A stretch of DNA of 62,592 bases, the filler included, from Choristocarpus tenellus KU-1152 (Eukaryota; Protista; Phaeophyceae): NCBI GenBank assembly GCA_964200185.2. It is 16 parts of 16 records of this genome, joined end to end, with 100 filler letters (N's around TTAATTAATTAA, not from the genome) between each part and the next. Parts side by side here need not be neighbours in the genome. Positions count along the whole stretch, not along the records: positions 8,710 to 13,549 come from CAXNAD020012845.1; positions 13,650 to 16,406 come from CAXNAD020025008.1; positions 16,507 to 19,295 come from CAXNAD020024740.1; positions 19,396 to 23,110 come from CAXNAD020018333.1; positions 23,211 to 27,503 come from CAXNAD020015250.1; 11 more parts are not named here. One strand, written 5' to 3'. Every line of letters begins with the position of its first letter. Position 1 is the stretch's first letter. The notes beneath the pieces are model-generated. The model did not search any database, was not told where the DNA came from, and saw only the letters and a list, made by a program, of their open reading frames with translations. Positions 11,400 to 23,534 of the stretch are shown here, piece by piece. Both the position numbers and the translations under genes were made by a program.

Positions 11400-13373
11400 A
11401 TGACAGTTGCTTCCACAGCAAGGTGGATTTTGTCACCTGCGTCTCCCCCTGTGTTGCCCCCTCACCAGCCCGCCAACAATGATGTGCTGGAGCTTTCTAC
11501 CAATGACGCTTCAGCGACTGGCACCAAGCTTCGCCAAGGATGGGCTGAACCGATCCCGGTCAACGAACAGGGTGACTGCTACAAGCGCTTAGCCTGTGTG
11601 AAGAAGTTCGCGGCAGATAGCGAGTCCTTCCTTGCACGCAAGTTGGCCAAAGAGTAGGACATCATCCGGGCGCGTGAGAACCGCCGCGATCGAAAGCACT
11701 TCGTTGGCGACTGTGTACCTGTGATAAAATTGGGACCTGGAGGCGGATCTATGCTCGCGGCCGGCATTCCCGTCTGTATGCAGTTCTTCAAGGCATCGTT
11801 CGGAATATGCATTCATGTCATCGGCAAAGGCACACCTAACGCAAGAGCATCCACCGGAGTGGAGAGGTGGGTTTGACGTATGTACACAGTGTTATTTGTA
11901 CCCGGTATATTCTCCCCCCTGCTTGATGATTGAACAGTAGTCCAATCTCAGAACAATGTCATCCGACTGTACTCACCACATTCACGTTGCAGTTACCACG
12001 CCTAGATGTCTGATATACAAAGTTAGAGATCCCTCCAGCGTGGAGTTATGTGTTACCTATGCGCGTATATACGCGTGCGATATATTTTTTTATGCTGCCC
12101 AAATATCATCTCATCCGGCCGTCCCCGCGCTGCTGCAGTAGTAACCACGCGTAAATATATACAGAACTAGAGATCCGCAGGTGGCATACGATCCCTCTAG
12201 GATTCCATCCCCCGTCCCTTGTATCCACCTCCAACCCATCTCCCATCCATTTATATACATACGTGCGCTACTACAACAGGAACAGCACGAACAAAGATAA
12301 GGACATGGCTGCGAAACGAGACCTGGTGATGTCCTGGATAGACTACTGGGCTGATACATACGGGCAGTTCATGCCTCACAAGTCCACAATTGTGATCTAC
12401 GCCGCGAACAAAGAGGTAGGTTTTGCCCTTGGTTGGGGAGATGTTGGCCGCACCCTGTGTTGGAGTTAGTTCCAAACCATGTGACCCAGCAGTACGTAGA
12501 AGAAGTGGATCGAAGTAGTATTTCGAGTGGTGGGTGTTTATTACTTTAACTGGTCTGATGTTATGGTTAAAAGAACATGTGAAGATTCGTACCAAGGGCT
12601 ATTTTTTTCCTTTGCTATGTTGAGACTACAATGTTGATGATGATACTCTTCGTCGCTTTTACAAAGGAAGACACAATAACTGTTATTGCAACGCCGTGTA
12701 CACCTACTCTGCGGCCCCAGGCCCGGTCTGACATTGGTAGCAAAAGTGTGTACTTCGTATGTCTAAAGCGCTTCGCGATGATGATGATAATGATGGTAGA
12801 TTCGCCTCCTTTGCGAGTGAAAGTATCTTAGAGGGTACGACTTTTGCCCCGTTTGTCCATTTGGTACTTGACTTCCCTTGGGATTTTTACAACGTTTTCT
12901 ACTCCAATATATTTCGGAATAGGTAGAATGTACATGTTATGAGAGAGTGGGTCTGGAACAAGGATATTGACACTTCCTAACAAATACGACAGCCAACATT
13001 ATACCAGAGTCGCAACATTGGATTTTGATCCCCAAATGGACCCGGGTCTACCCTCTAAGATACTTTGACTCTTGCCGCTTCTGCAAACGGCGGCGAGGCC
13101 CGAACAGAATGACGCTCCTGGCAAATTTACGAAGATCATTATATTTGCTCTACATTGCAAAAACAAATTCCGTTACCCCTCTTTTTAGCTCCAATTAAAC
13201 AATGCGTAAGTAAGCATGGTACTATTTGCCAACTAACGACGGACATCATCGTTCGCGCAGGTTGTAACCTTGTCTGCACAGCCGCCCACCTTGCCCTCAC
13301 AAGGCTTATCGACAAGTACCGCAACAGCCTCGATCACGCGGGGAGTTGCATCATCCAGCACGCGCATTGGCAG
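11400..13373 (+). mobile_element. Intron-containing Sola-like (DUF7869-like) DNA transposase, decayed and internally deleted
   Basis: Exon 11400-11866 (MTVAST...CYKRLACVKKF...*...GIPVCMQFFKASFGI) joins in phase to exon 12280-12415 (DLVMSWIDYWADTYGQFMPHKSTIVIY). A later exon 13261-13373 reads GCNLVCTAAHLALTRL...IQHAHWQ. Motifs C..C, VC..FF...FGI, W...Y G..MP and G.N...T.....L recalled from this transposase group. Stop at 11655-11657. Confidence 0.6.
12815..13071 (-). mobile_element. MITE family A, 257 bp, inverted relative to the 10327 copy, inserted in a transposase intron
   Basis: TIR GAGT(G/C)AAAGTATCTTAGAGGGTA; 4-bp TSD TTGC at 12811-12814 and 13072-13075. Confidence 0.9.
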
Positions 13374-13649
13374 GTAAGAAAGGTTCATCTTGACACGACC
13401 TACTCAACACATACTCGCTGAATACCGGTCACCAAGTAGTAACTAACTGCACCGTCTTTAGTTTTGGTTTGTGCGTTGCAACCTGCATGTATGATGGCGG
13501 TGATGTAGAGCTTGCGCTCTAGAAGTACAGTACCTACCCCGATTTTGTGNNNNNNNNNNNNNNNNNNNNNNNNNNNNNNNNNNNNNNNNNNNNTTAATTA
13601 ATTAANNNNNNNNNNNNNNNNNNNNNNNNNNNNNNNNNNNNNNNNNNNN

Positions 13650-16406
13650 TTCTTTTACACATGAATAAAAAGCATATTCTTAACAAGTTCAACCAAACTC
13701 GTGTAATAATAATGAAACTTGGTTCAACAGTTCTTTGTGCAGAAGTCCAGCCATGCCCAAACCTTTGTCGTTTTCATCATAAAGAGTTCGTGTATCTGGC
13801 ACTGTTGAAGAACAAGAGGAAAATGACTTGGCAATTGACACAGCCAGTGATGTACCATGTATTTCTGAAAAATTGTTCGCAATCACCCTCAACTGAAAGG
13901 TTTTGATGTGCATCCTGTCCCACCTGGTGCAATAAATCTACGTGCAGCAAATGGTTCATCTTTGCATATCCGTGGATTTACTCGTTTTACACTTACACTT
14001 GGTGATACCACAGTGCCAGTTCAAGCTTTAGTGATTCCCCAACTTGGTCCCGATAAAATTCTGCTTGATGATAGTGTTATGCAGGCCTTCGGTGCAATCC
14101 TTGATTGGCAAGAACAACGTCTTTCATTTCACAAAGATTCGTGTACCATTCCAACAAGACATCACATGACAAGGAGCCCCACTCAAGTACGTGATACAAG
14201 TACGACTCCTTCGTGTTCTGTGGTGAGTGTGCAACATGATTTTGACCCTGTATCCGTCCTTGTACACAAACAGTATAATATACCACCCGGTCATGAAATC
14301 ATCGTACGTTGCACAACTGATACTAGTCCATCGTTGGATACCGCCGTAGTAATGGAGCCAATCATACACTCCATGCCTGCAATAGATCAAACCACTGAAC
14401 CTACACACCCATGGAATCGTATCGTAGCTGCCCGCACCCTCAGTACTTGGTCAGCAAGAGATAGATCAGAATCGGTTTAAATGGCAAATCCAACAACACG
14501 GAAAGTACACGTATCAGGAAGCATTTTGTGATAGCTCACTTAACCCCTATTTCAGATCAGGTAACAATCACTGTTAGTGCTCTAAATGCTAATTCTGCTC
14601 CATTCAGTAAAGCTAGAGAGGAGTTACATCAAGCCTTCATCAAGTCAAACGCATTCAAAGATACCGCGTTCAATCAGTCACAAGTGTCTCAGCTTTTAGA
14701 TCTCTGTGCTCGTTATAGATCGACATTTTCGTTGAATGCGGTAGAACTAGGCAGATGTACCCTAGCTGAAGCAGAAATTCCTATAGAGCCTGGTACCAAA
14801 CCTGTTGACAGGAACCCTTACAGAGCAACCCCCCGTACTCAACAAGTAATTGATTCGTGTGTTAATACTATGGAAGAGCAAGGCATTACTGAAAAACGCG
14901 TCAGCCCTTGGGGTAGTCCTGTTACTATTGTGGCCAAATTTGATGGCTCCCCACGATTCTGTGTGGACTATAGGTCAACTGTTAACAAACACCTTGTTCG
15001 ACATGTTTGGCCTATGCCTGATATAGAGTCTCATATTGGTACTGTTTGGGGTGCAAAACTTATCACCGTTTGTGATATTCAGAGTGCATATTGGCAGATT
15101 CCTGTTGCTGAAGATGTCATTGATAAAACCGCTTTTTCCACGTCCAGAGGCAAATACGTTTTTAAGAGGATGCCCTTTGGGATATCAAATGCCCCTTGGC
15201 AATTTCAAAGAATCATGTCCTTAGCCTTTGCCAACTTTGGTCTATTGAGTGGGTTGCTAGTAGTTTACATGGATGATCTGATTGCTTGTTCTCCCACATG
15301 GAAAGGGCATCTACACTTACTAGAACAGCAATTCAAAGCTTTACAAACAGCAGGTTTAACTTTGAAACCGTCAAAGATCCAGTTTGGACCCAAAGAAGTA
15401 CGTTACCTGGGTCACATTTTATCGTCTGAAGGGATTCGTGTCGGTGAGGATCGTGTCCGTGCAATCACTGAATTACCCAAACCCACCACCATCGAAGAAC
15501 TTCGATCTGTCCTAGGTATGATTAATTTTGTGCGTAAATTCATACCAAACTTAGCTACAGTAATTGAACCGTTAGTTCTTTACTATGAAAGGTGTCAATA
15601 AGAGAGTGGATAAAGAATGGGGATTGGACCAGGGTGTGGCATTTTTTTAAGTAAAACAATTACTCACTGCTGCCCCGGTTCTCGTGTTTCCTGACTTTAC
15701 CAAAGAATCCATTATCCATGTTGATGCCAGTGAGAGTGGTGCTGGAGGTGTTTAGCACAACCTTGATCCGATAATCCTGCAGACCTAGGTATCATTGCGT
15801 ACTTCAGCAAGAAATTTAATGAAGCTCAACGTCATTATTCAGCTACATTAAGATAGTGTGATGCAGTCGTTACAGCTATCACGCATTGGCGACCGTATCT
15901 TTGGGGTAGACACTTCACCTGCATCACAGATCATGCTGCATTGTGTTACTTGTATAGAATGCAGGATACCAGTAACATGCTTACCCGTTGGGCTATTGCT
16001 TTTTAAGCTTATGATTTCACGGTCAAACACAAGCCCGGTGAGCTCAATGTTATACCTGATACTCTATCTCGTATTTTCAAGTTTGAGGAACAGGAGAAAT
16101 TCGTTGCTCCAATGCTAGCATCAATCTGTCGTAATGTGCCTGAAGGGAGTCGTGCATTTACCACGTGTGTTCAAAAGGAATATGAGTTATCTGCTTCTAA
16201 CCTTGACCAAGCAACGCCCGTCCAAAGTGATCGTGAACTATTTACTAGTTCCACTACTGTGTTCCTTCAGTGGACCCGGAGCAATTGCGCAAGGAGCAGG
16301 AATCTGAGTTCGGACCATATTTCAGGTATTTGCAGTCCCCCAACGTCGCCCCACTGCCTGATAAGGAATCAACGACGTCTATGTCGTATTTTTTCCTTCG
16401 TAATGG
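13650..16406 (+). mobile_element. Ty3/Gypsy LTR retrotransposon pol fragment (protease-RT-RNase H), decayed
   Basis: Protease LAIDTASDV at ~13828-13855. RT motifs SPWGSPV, RFCVDYR, RMPFGISNAP and YMDD (15266-15277). RNase H motifs HVDAS, AYFSKKFNEAQRHYS, WRPYLWGRHF..TDH and KHKPGELNVIPDTLSR. Several stops and frameshifts. Confidence 0.95.
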
Positions 16407-16886
16407 NNNNNNNNNNNNNNNNNNNNNNNNNNNNNNNNNNNNNNNNNNNNTTAATTAATTAANNNNNNNNNNNNNNNNNNNNNNNNNNNNNNNNNNNNNN
16501 NNNNNNGGGGATGCAGACTGGGTGGTGTGGGGGGGGTGGTGGAGGCTCATGAGTTGTTGGTACCATTGTGAGAGGGGTTCTTACATACTGTGGTGTGAGA
16601 TATGCTACTCCGATGATACGATATTCAAGATGGTTGCATCACATTGGACCTTCATAACCAAATGCCCAACCTACAGATTCCCCCCCTTATTCCCAACATT
16701 CCCCTCCTAAATAACCCTGTTCGATGTGGCTGTGCATTGGTCCTCACTATTGTTGCTACTGCCCAATAAGTTTCATCCAACTTAAAAGCCCTAACCCTAA
16801 CCCCCCTCAACTCTTTTTTGTGCATATCCTATATCTTTCCTTGTCAATATTTCCTGCGCGGGTGGGGCTGTGTGCTTCACTTCAAG

Positions 16887-17059
16887 GGGACCACTTTGAA
16901 CCTATATCGCAGCTGATGTTCCAGGACTGCTCAGAGGTAGAGAGAGTAATTGAAGAGTTTGTTTCCCTGGATGCACTAGTGCATGCACGAGAGCATCAAC
17001 TGGGAATAGGGGAAACATGCTGTCCCCCTTCCTTCCCCCCCCTGTCCTCTAAGCTCTGA
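16887..17059 (+). CDS. Putative last exon of a peroxisomal protein (C-terminal SKL), possibly an alpha/beta hydrolase
   Basis: Acceptor ttcacttcaag|, then GDHFEPISQLMFQDCSEVERVIEEFV...PPLSSKL*. A His followed by an amphipathic helix resembles hydrolase C-termini (inference). Confidence 0.5.
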
Positions 17060-17879
17060 GGGTTGATTTATTTAACTTGTAGTACTTAAGAAATGTTTTT
17101 GCTGTAGACTTTGTTCAAGAGAGGTTGAAGGTCTCTCAAAAAGGTATGAATACATGTCTGTGTTTCACGTGGTAGAAACATCCTGTTTATGGAGGTATGT
17201 TAGATACTCAAAATGTATTTTACTGGAGTATTCTGAATAATACTATAGATCATTGCACATCCAGTTTTGATAGTATGATGTGTATGTAGTTAGAACTTTG
17301 CGAGCACCTTGCCATGCATATTTCATCTTTCATTTCCCATTTTAATGGAATGGTCAGATTGGAAAAACGGGTGACTCCACGCAGGAGTCCCTCTCTCTAG
17401 ATACCCTGGAGGCTTTTCTCATCAAGTTTAGTTGACCCGAACACTCTTGGTGGTCCACATTTCCATGATGACTGAATCTCCAAGAATAGTTCCCAATCCC
17501 ATTACCATTTGTGAGAAAAGTGGAGTTTCTCTAGAGGTAGGAGAAGGCAGCTGAGGTTGTGGGATGTGGACTGGGTTTGAAGCTGTCTTTTCTCAGGGCA
17601 GGAGGCAGCGACACCTTGTGCTGTTTGTTCTGGGGTTGGAATTGTGTGCAGGAATGCCTGCAGTTTCTACCCGGAATTGGTCTTGGTGTTGGGAATTACG
17701 TCATCCAATCTGAATCAGGTCTTGTACTACTAGTTTGAAATGTTTGCTGAAGGTTAAAATATATGTTGTCATTCTCTCCAGCAATATTTTTGAATCAAGG
17801 TCTTTGTGGACCACAACGAAGTCTAATTAGAGTAAGTGCACTTATGTATTACAGACCATAAGCTGTCTTCCTGGCTGGG

Positions 17880-19257
17880 CTATAACCTTGATGTAGGCGT
17901 GGTATCTGAGTCCTCAGTTACTGGCAGTGCTGCAGAAAAACAAGCTCTTCCATTTGAAATAACAGTTGTGCGCTTGTCACCTAGCCCAGTAGTCACCTCA
18001 AACAAAACCTCCACAGCTTTACCCCTTGATCCATCTTCCCCCACCCCAGTACCTGTCTTTTGTACTCTTCTTCCACGGCTACAGCGAGCAGAAAACCATA
18101 AGTGCACCTGGATAAAATTTAAATGGTGAGTTTTTATAGGCAATGTTGAGTGGGTAACGGTCAACAATAATATCAACCAATTGCATTTGATCAATGAGGA
18201 AATCATTGAACCATGGGGTAGGTGATGCACTAAATGAAGAGTAGTGCACAGGTTGAGAACACGAATGCGTATTGTGTGAGGGGACAACTACAGCAGTTGG
18301 ATCATCCACTATCACTATCACCAAGGTCAACAACCTAAGTGTATGGTCATGCATCCTTTATCCACTGTGTTCTTTTTGTGATAAGATCATGCATTTTATG
18401 CAGTTTTCAAGGGGCGTGCATGGTAAGCAAGGGAGCTGTCTTGACCTCGTCAGGGTAAGCAGTCAGAAAAATAATGCATTAAAAAACATTATGGAAGTCA
18501 TCATGTCACAATCTATTATGTTACAAATGCTATAGAGTACCTCCTTCCACCCCTCCCACTTCCCATATCCCGTTTCACAAGTTTTCTGAGACAAGAGCTG
18601 AACTGTACAGATTCATTCAGTTACCTGGCATATCAGCAATGCCTGTATAGTACATCTTTGTCACCAGGGGCAAGAAAAGTGAAGTATCACCTTAGCTCCT
18701 CCTTGATTGACCTACCACATCCTTTTTTCTAGACTTCTAATCACCAATTTCACAAGTTTTCTGATGAATTTTCAAAAGTTTGAGACTTCTAACACGGCCC
18801 CAATGATCTGCTCCTAAGAACAACACTCCCAAGTCTCAAAATTTTGAAAATTCATCAATTGTTGACCACGGCATCCAAATAGTCCCAACAATACCTTTTA
18901 TGCAAATCAATCTCCCCCCAATTCCCCACATTTCAATTGGTCTCTCAGTCAGAATGAACATTTGTGTGTTACACACTTTCTGTATCTGTAAAGTGAAAGC
19001 AAACCCAACGTATGGCCAAACAATTCGACCCTTGTAAAAAATCTCCAGCGTTTGGGAGCAGGTTTGAGATTGATAATTGAATGGAGCAATGGGGCTAAGG
19101 GGGTTGATGAATACCTCCATACACACAATACTTACAAGCACACACACCTGCATCACATCTCCAGGGTGAACTGGTTTTGCAAACCGGGCAGAGATAGATT
19201 GCAGTGATGCTGAACCGTCAGGTAAGGCATGGAGACACACCTGCCTCGTGGCCATGC
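17880..19257 (-). CDS. Last two exons of a peroxisomal MaoC-type (R)-enoyl-CoA hydratase 2 / MFE-2-like protein
   Basis: Exon 19148-19257 GMATRQV...SISARFAKPVHPGDVMQ matches MaoC RF.KPV.PGD. Phase-0 join to exon 17880-18107 VHLW...VLFEV...VISNGRACF...TSRL*, ending in PTS1 SRL. Confidence 0.85.
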
Positions 19258-20131
19258 CTGGGGGTGAGGGGTGGGCAAGGTAAGAGTTGGGCTAGNNNNN
19301 NNNNNNNNNNNNNNNNNNNNNNNNNNNNNNNNNNNNNNNTTAATTAATTAANNNNNNNNNNNNNNNNNNNNNNNNNNNNNNNNNNNNNNNNNNNNGTTGG
19401 GAGGGAGGATGGCCCCTTTTCTGGGGCGGCCCCAAAAGGCCCCCCTCGGGTGCCCCCCCCCCCCCCCCCCCCCTGATACTTTGAGCCTTTTGTTCAACCT
19501 TTTCGGACATGGCGGTTGGAAAATGTAAACCGGACACTGCAGGTGGTACACCGAAAGACTTTAGGGTGCGCCCTAGCCCCTCATACCTTAGGGTTCACCC
19601 AGGTGTATGTACAGTGGGTCCAGGCTTCAATTCTGGTGGTTTTCGTAGGTCATTCGGACACATGATAGTAAAAATGTGTTCTGAACCTGTGGGTGGTCCA
19701 TTTCAGTCGAAATGATAGGTTGGTCCATGTGATAACAATTGAACAATTGGGACCTTGCAGTAGGTAGACGTGGTTTCAAGAATTTAGTAAAAAGTTAGAC
19801 TAGTGAAATAATGTTATCAAAACTTGAGGTTGGGTCATATATAATCCCAAATAGTTCAGAAACAATATGTGATACAACTATCTTGAAGACGATTGGAGAG
19901 TTAGACGAAGAATGATTTTCGTATCTACATTTGAAGGCTCCAGATGACTTGTTGAAGGCAACAAAAAAGAAGACAGATATACGTGGTGGTTAAAGATAGT
20001 CGCAGGCGCATAACAGCAGGCATGTTGGAGATGGTGCCAGGAGGCGAGCCAACGTAGACGCAGATTTCAAAGATCCCTCACCTGTCAAGTTAGGGAGAGT
20101 GTTTCATCAGTTGTTGCACAGTATATGCAAA

Positions 20132-20359
20132 GAGTCAAAGTATGCGAGAGGTACCCAGGGTTGCATTGCATATTGTATTAAAGCGTGTAGGAAATTTCTA
20201 TGTTCTGTCGAGAATTTTCAAACAACAGAGAAATCAACACTCTCCTATCAATTTTAGTTGCCCATTTACAGAAATATTGGTGAATTGATGAAGACTTAAA
20301 GTGTCTCTTTAAAAATGCAAAACGGTCAAAACCTGGGTACCTCTCGTTTACTTTGGCTC
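20132..20359. mobile_element. MITE family B, 228 bp
   Basis: TIRs GAGTCAAAGTATGCGAGAGGTACCCAGG ... CCTGGGTACCTCTCGTTTACTTTGGCTC; TSD not preserved (caaa/agaa). Confidence 0.8.
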
Positions 20360-21306
20360 AGAATAACAAAAATTCGATGCATTCCTGGAACGGATTCCTG
20401 ATAGGAATGAGAGGTTGGGTGATTGTGGTGAGTCTAAGAGATACACCGACAGAGCAAGGAGAACTGGTAGTAACGAGGAGAGATAGTTTCTAGGTGGTAC
20501 AGTGGGATAGTATATGTGGGAGGGCGAAAGATGGAAGAATAGGAGGGGGGTTTCTAGGGACCCTAGAAACACAAGGGGTGTTTGTCCCAGAAGGCTAGTC
20601 ATGTTAAAGCAGTTCATAAAAATGTGCATAGCAGACGGAATTTCAAGACGGAAACGTGAAGACATGGCGGAAAACTAAAACTGTCAACCCGATCCCATTG
20701 ATCTCCTGGGAGGAGGTACTGTTAGGACGAAAGAGGGAGGAGAGGATATGTAGTATGATCTTGCAGGCAAACTGACTGGAGGAGGGATTGTAGACAGAAA
20801 ACTGGGGGAACATGTAAGAGACGAGAGAGCTTCGTCAGAGGAGAAATAAGAGATTTGGCTCAATACAAGTAGAGGAGAGGATAATGCAGTCAAGGGGATT
20901 TCAGGGTTTGTAGAATTTTGTTGTCGGGAAGGGGCAAACAAAGAGACAGTAGGAAGGCATTTGGATTGTATGTTGGGGGGATAGGAACGGCTACAAACTT
21001 TTCGAAGAGAGGGTTGACTCCCACTGAGATTCTTAAAGCGGGAACGAAGAAGTCGGAGGGGTTTATACTGTACGTCAAGGAAACTGAAGGTGGCTCGAAC
21101 AGAGGTTCAATCACATCCATTAGAAGGGGTTTGGTTTGTGGAGAGGGTGATAAGGTGGGAATTTATGTGAGAAGGCTGGATAAGTATAGAGATATTACCA
21201 AAGATTCTCGAAAAGGGGCTTGGGCAAGATATTGTTTCTTATGAAGAGAGTAACCATGTAGTGACTGTTATCCAGAGATGGGGACAGCTTCAGTGAGCAA
21301 GTGGTC

Positions 21307-21501
21307 GAACCTTTTGCAGCAGCCCTGGTCTCTCGTCGGGGCAACAGTAGCCTACAAACGATCCACTTTCGTCAGCAAAACCGTGTGGTGACTAGGTGGG
21401 AGTAGGTTTGGTGAGGAAGAGTGATAGAACCATTAGGAGCAGGCCTGATCTCTCGTTGGAGCAACTGGAACCTAGAAATAGTCAATTTTCGTGAGCAAAA
21501 C
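21307..21501. repeat. Diverged tandem duplication (~120-bp period)
   Basis: gaacc..gcag.cctg.tctctcgt.gg.gcaac...tttcgt.agcaaaac at ~21307 and ~21427. Confidence 0.7.
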
Positions 21502-23042
21502 AATGAGCATGTTGCTACTGTGTTGTTGCACAAGTCACAAGGTACTGCTCTTGGCGCTACAGCAAAGTGTCAAGCCCTGTGAAGCCAACGATTTTTGTTG
21601 CACAGGACATACGATAGGAAAATGTTTCATTCTCATCATTTTTGTTTTTATTATAGAAACACATTACTAACACTATATTAGTGTCCACTTATAAAATAAA
21701 TGAGTAGTGATTGGCCCAGTAAGAAATTGCAATTTTTTATTTGTTGTAGGTCCACTTCTCGACTCGCGACACCTACTATACACTACTACCTTATAGTAAT
21801 CTTACCTTGAGCAAATATGTCGTGTGGGACACGAAATGTTTCTTAGACTCCCAAGGTCGTTGCAGCCTTCTGGCTCGATTCAATCCATCCTTTTCTCCAA
21901 AGAAATACGAAATATGCCTCATTTTGAATCTCTCCCTGTTACCCAGGAACGGTGGATACCAAAGAAAACAATATGCCTACGTTCTGTCTCCTCTCCTTTC
22001 GTGTTGCTATTAGGGATCAAACAAAACGTTGCTGTCAATACATAGCACCCACGATATCTCCACAGACAAAAAAGAAAGTTGGACAATACTCAATTTATAT
22101 AATGTTTTCCCAGAGCATGCATGCATGGCTCATCATCATTATCATGCAGGCGTAGGTCATGGTGGTCGAACCTACCACAACCATCAACGTAGGAAGAATG
22201 GAGTTGGGTCTGCTTAGGCATGCAGAAAGTACATTTTTGGATCTCCCTACTATTGAGCCAAACCGATTGAGTCAAACCAACTCAGGGGTAGGCAGAGCTG
22301 CATTTTAAGGATCCCATGAAAGAGCAAACGGGTGCCATTTTGTACAATTGCAGAAAGAGGCATTCGTGATTTGTGGCGTCAATTTGTGTGTGGGAAGGGG
22401 AAATATCAAATTTGCGCACACTATTATTGTGGATATAAAGCAATAAAGTAGAGTATATTCCACAGGGTAAGAGAGACGGCTTAATGTACAAAAGGGTTCA
22501 AATCTACCTTACCTCTCAATTTTTCTTGCCCATTACATACATAAAGCTACTTTGTCCATACAAACACATACTTCGAAGAACAACCGTTTCTAATCTTTTA
22601 ATCTTTTACGCAAAACACAAAGTAGGGTCTTTTTGTTTTGTGTTGAATTTGGGTAGAGTCATTTCCTCGTTGGGGTCAGAGTTATCCGTGACTGTAGCCA
22701 TGACACTTCCTCTGGTCAGCATCACCCGAATAGTTTTCTGGTGAGACCGTAAGTGCACGAGATAGTATCAGGTTTTCATTCATTTTCGTGGAGGTCTTGC
22801 GAAACCCCACTGTAAGAGGTTGACCTAAGATTTCAACAAGATCCGACTTGAGTCTACCTATCCTACCTCGCCCATTGCAAAGTCATAACAATGCTCTCTT
22901 GATGCAGTGTTTTTCAGTCCCCACAAACTGTTCGATCTGATGCTGAACAGAGGAGGGAGAAGTATGGTGATAGTGCTTCTTCTGTAGATGGTATAGGTAG
23001 GTAGGTATAGTAGGTGTGGTTGGGGCGTCACATCCCCCTGAT

Positions 23043-23110
23043 AGGTCAAAGTATCTGGGGGGAGGGGGTGCCGGCGTCCGTTTTTGATCCTGGCTCGAAG
23101 TATCTTGGGG
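23043..23110 (+). mobile_element. Terminus of repeat family C (GGGTCAAAGTATCTGGGG...), truncated by the contig end
   Basis: Near-identical to 33675-33742; related to 57128-57165 and, inverted, to 30624-30650. Confidence 0.8.
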
Positions 23111-23534
23111 NNNNNNNNNNNNNNNNNNNNNNNNNNNNNNNNNNNNNNNNNNNNTTAATTAATTAANNNNNNNNNNNNNNNNNNNNNNNNNNNNNNNNNN
23201 NNNNNNNNNNCAATCTCCCCCCTCCCCCCGGCCCCCACCATTAACAATAAATAATAAAACATTCTTTGCAGGCCCTCTCGTTGAATGATGGGTGAGATGC
23301 TGCCTGCCATGTCGTCTCCTTAGTCCTGTTCCCTATCCCTATATACAGCCCTTTTCTGAAGGGAGTTCATAAACCAACTCTACAGATTGTGTGTGTGATG
23401 ATATCTACCGTCTACTGTATGTGTCTCTCTCTGTTGTAGGATCCAACTGTTTTTTATTCTATTTTTGCTATTGTGCGTTGCTTTTCCCGCACCTGCCTCT
23501 CCCTTTTCTTCTTCTTTTTTTAAATCTGAGTTAG

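Noticed and set aside
20360-21300. Purine-skewed region, possibly an old retroelement on the minus strand
   Set aside because: Too degenerate; no RT, endonuclease or gag motif found
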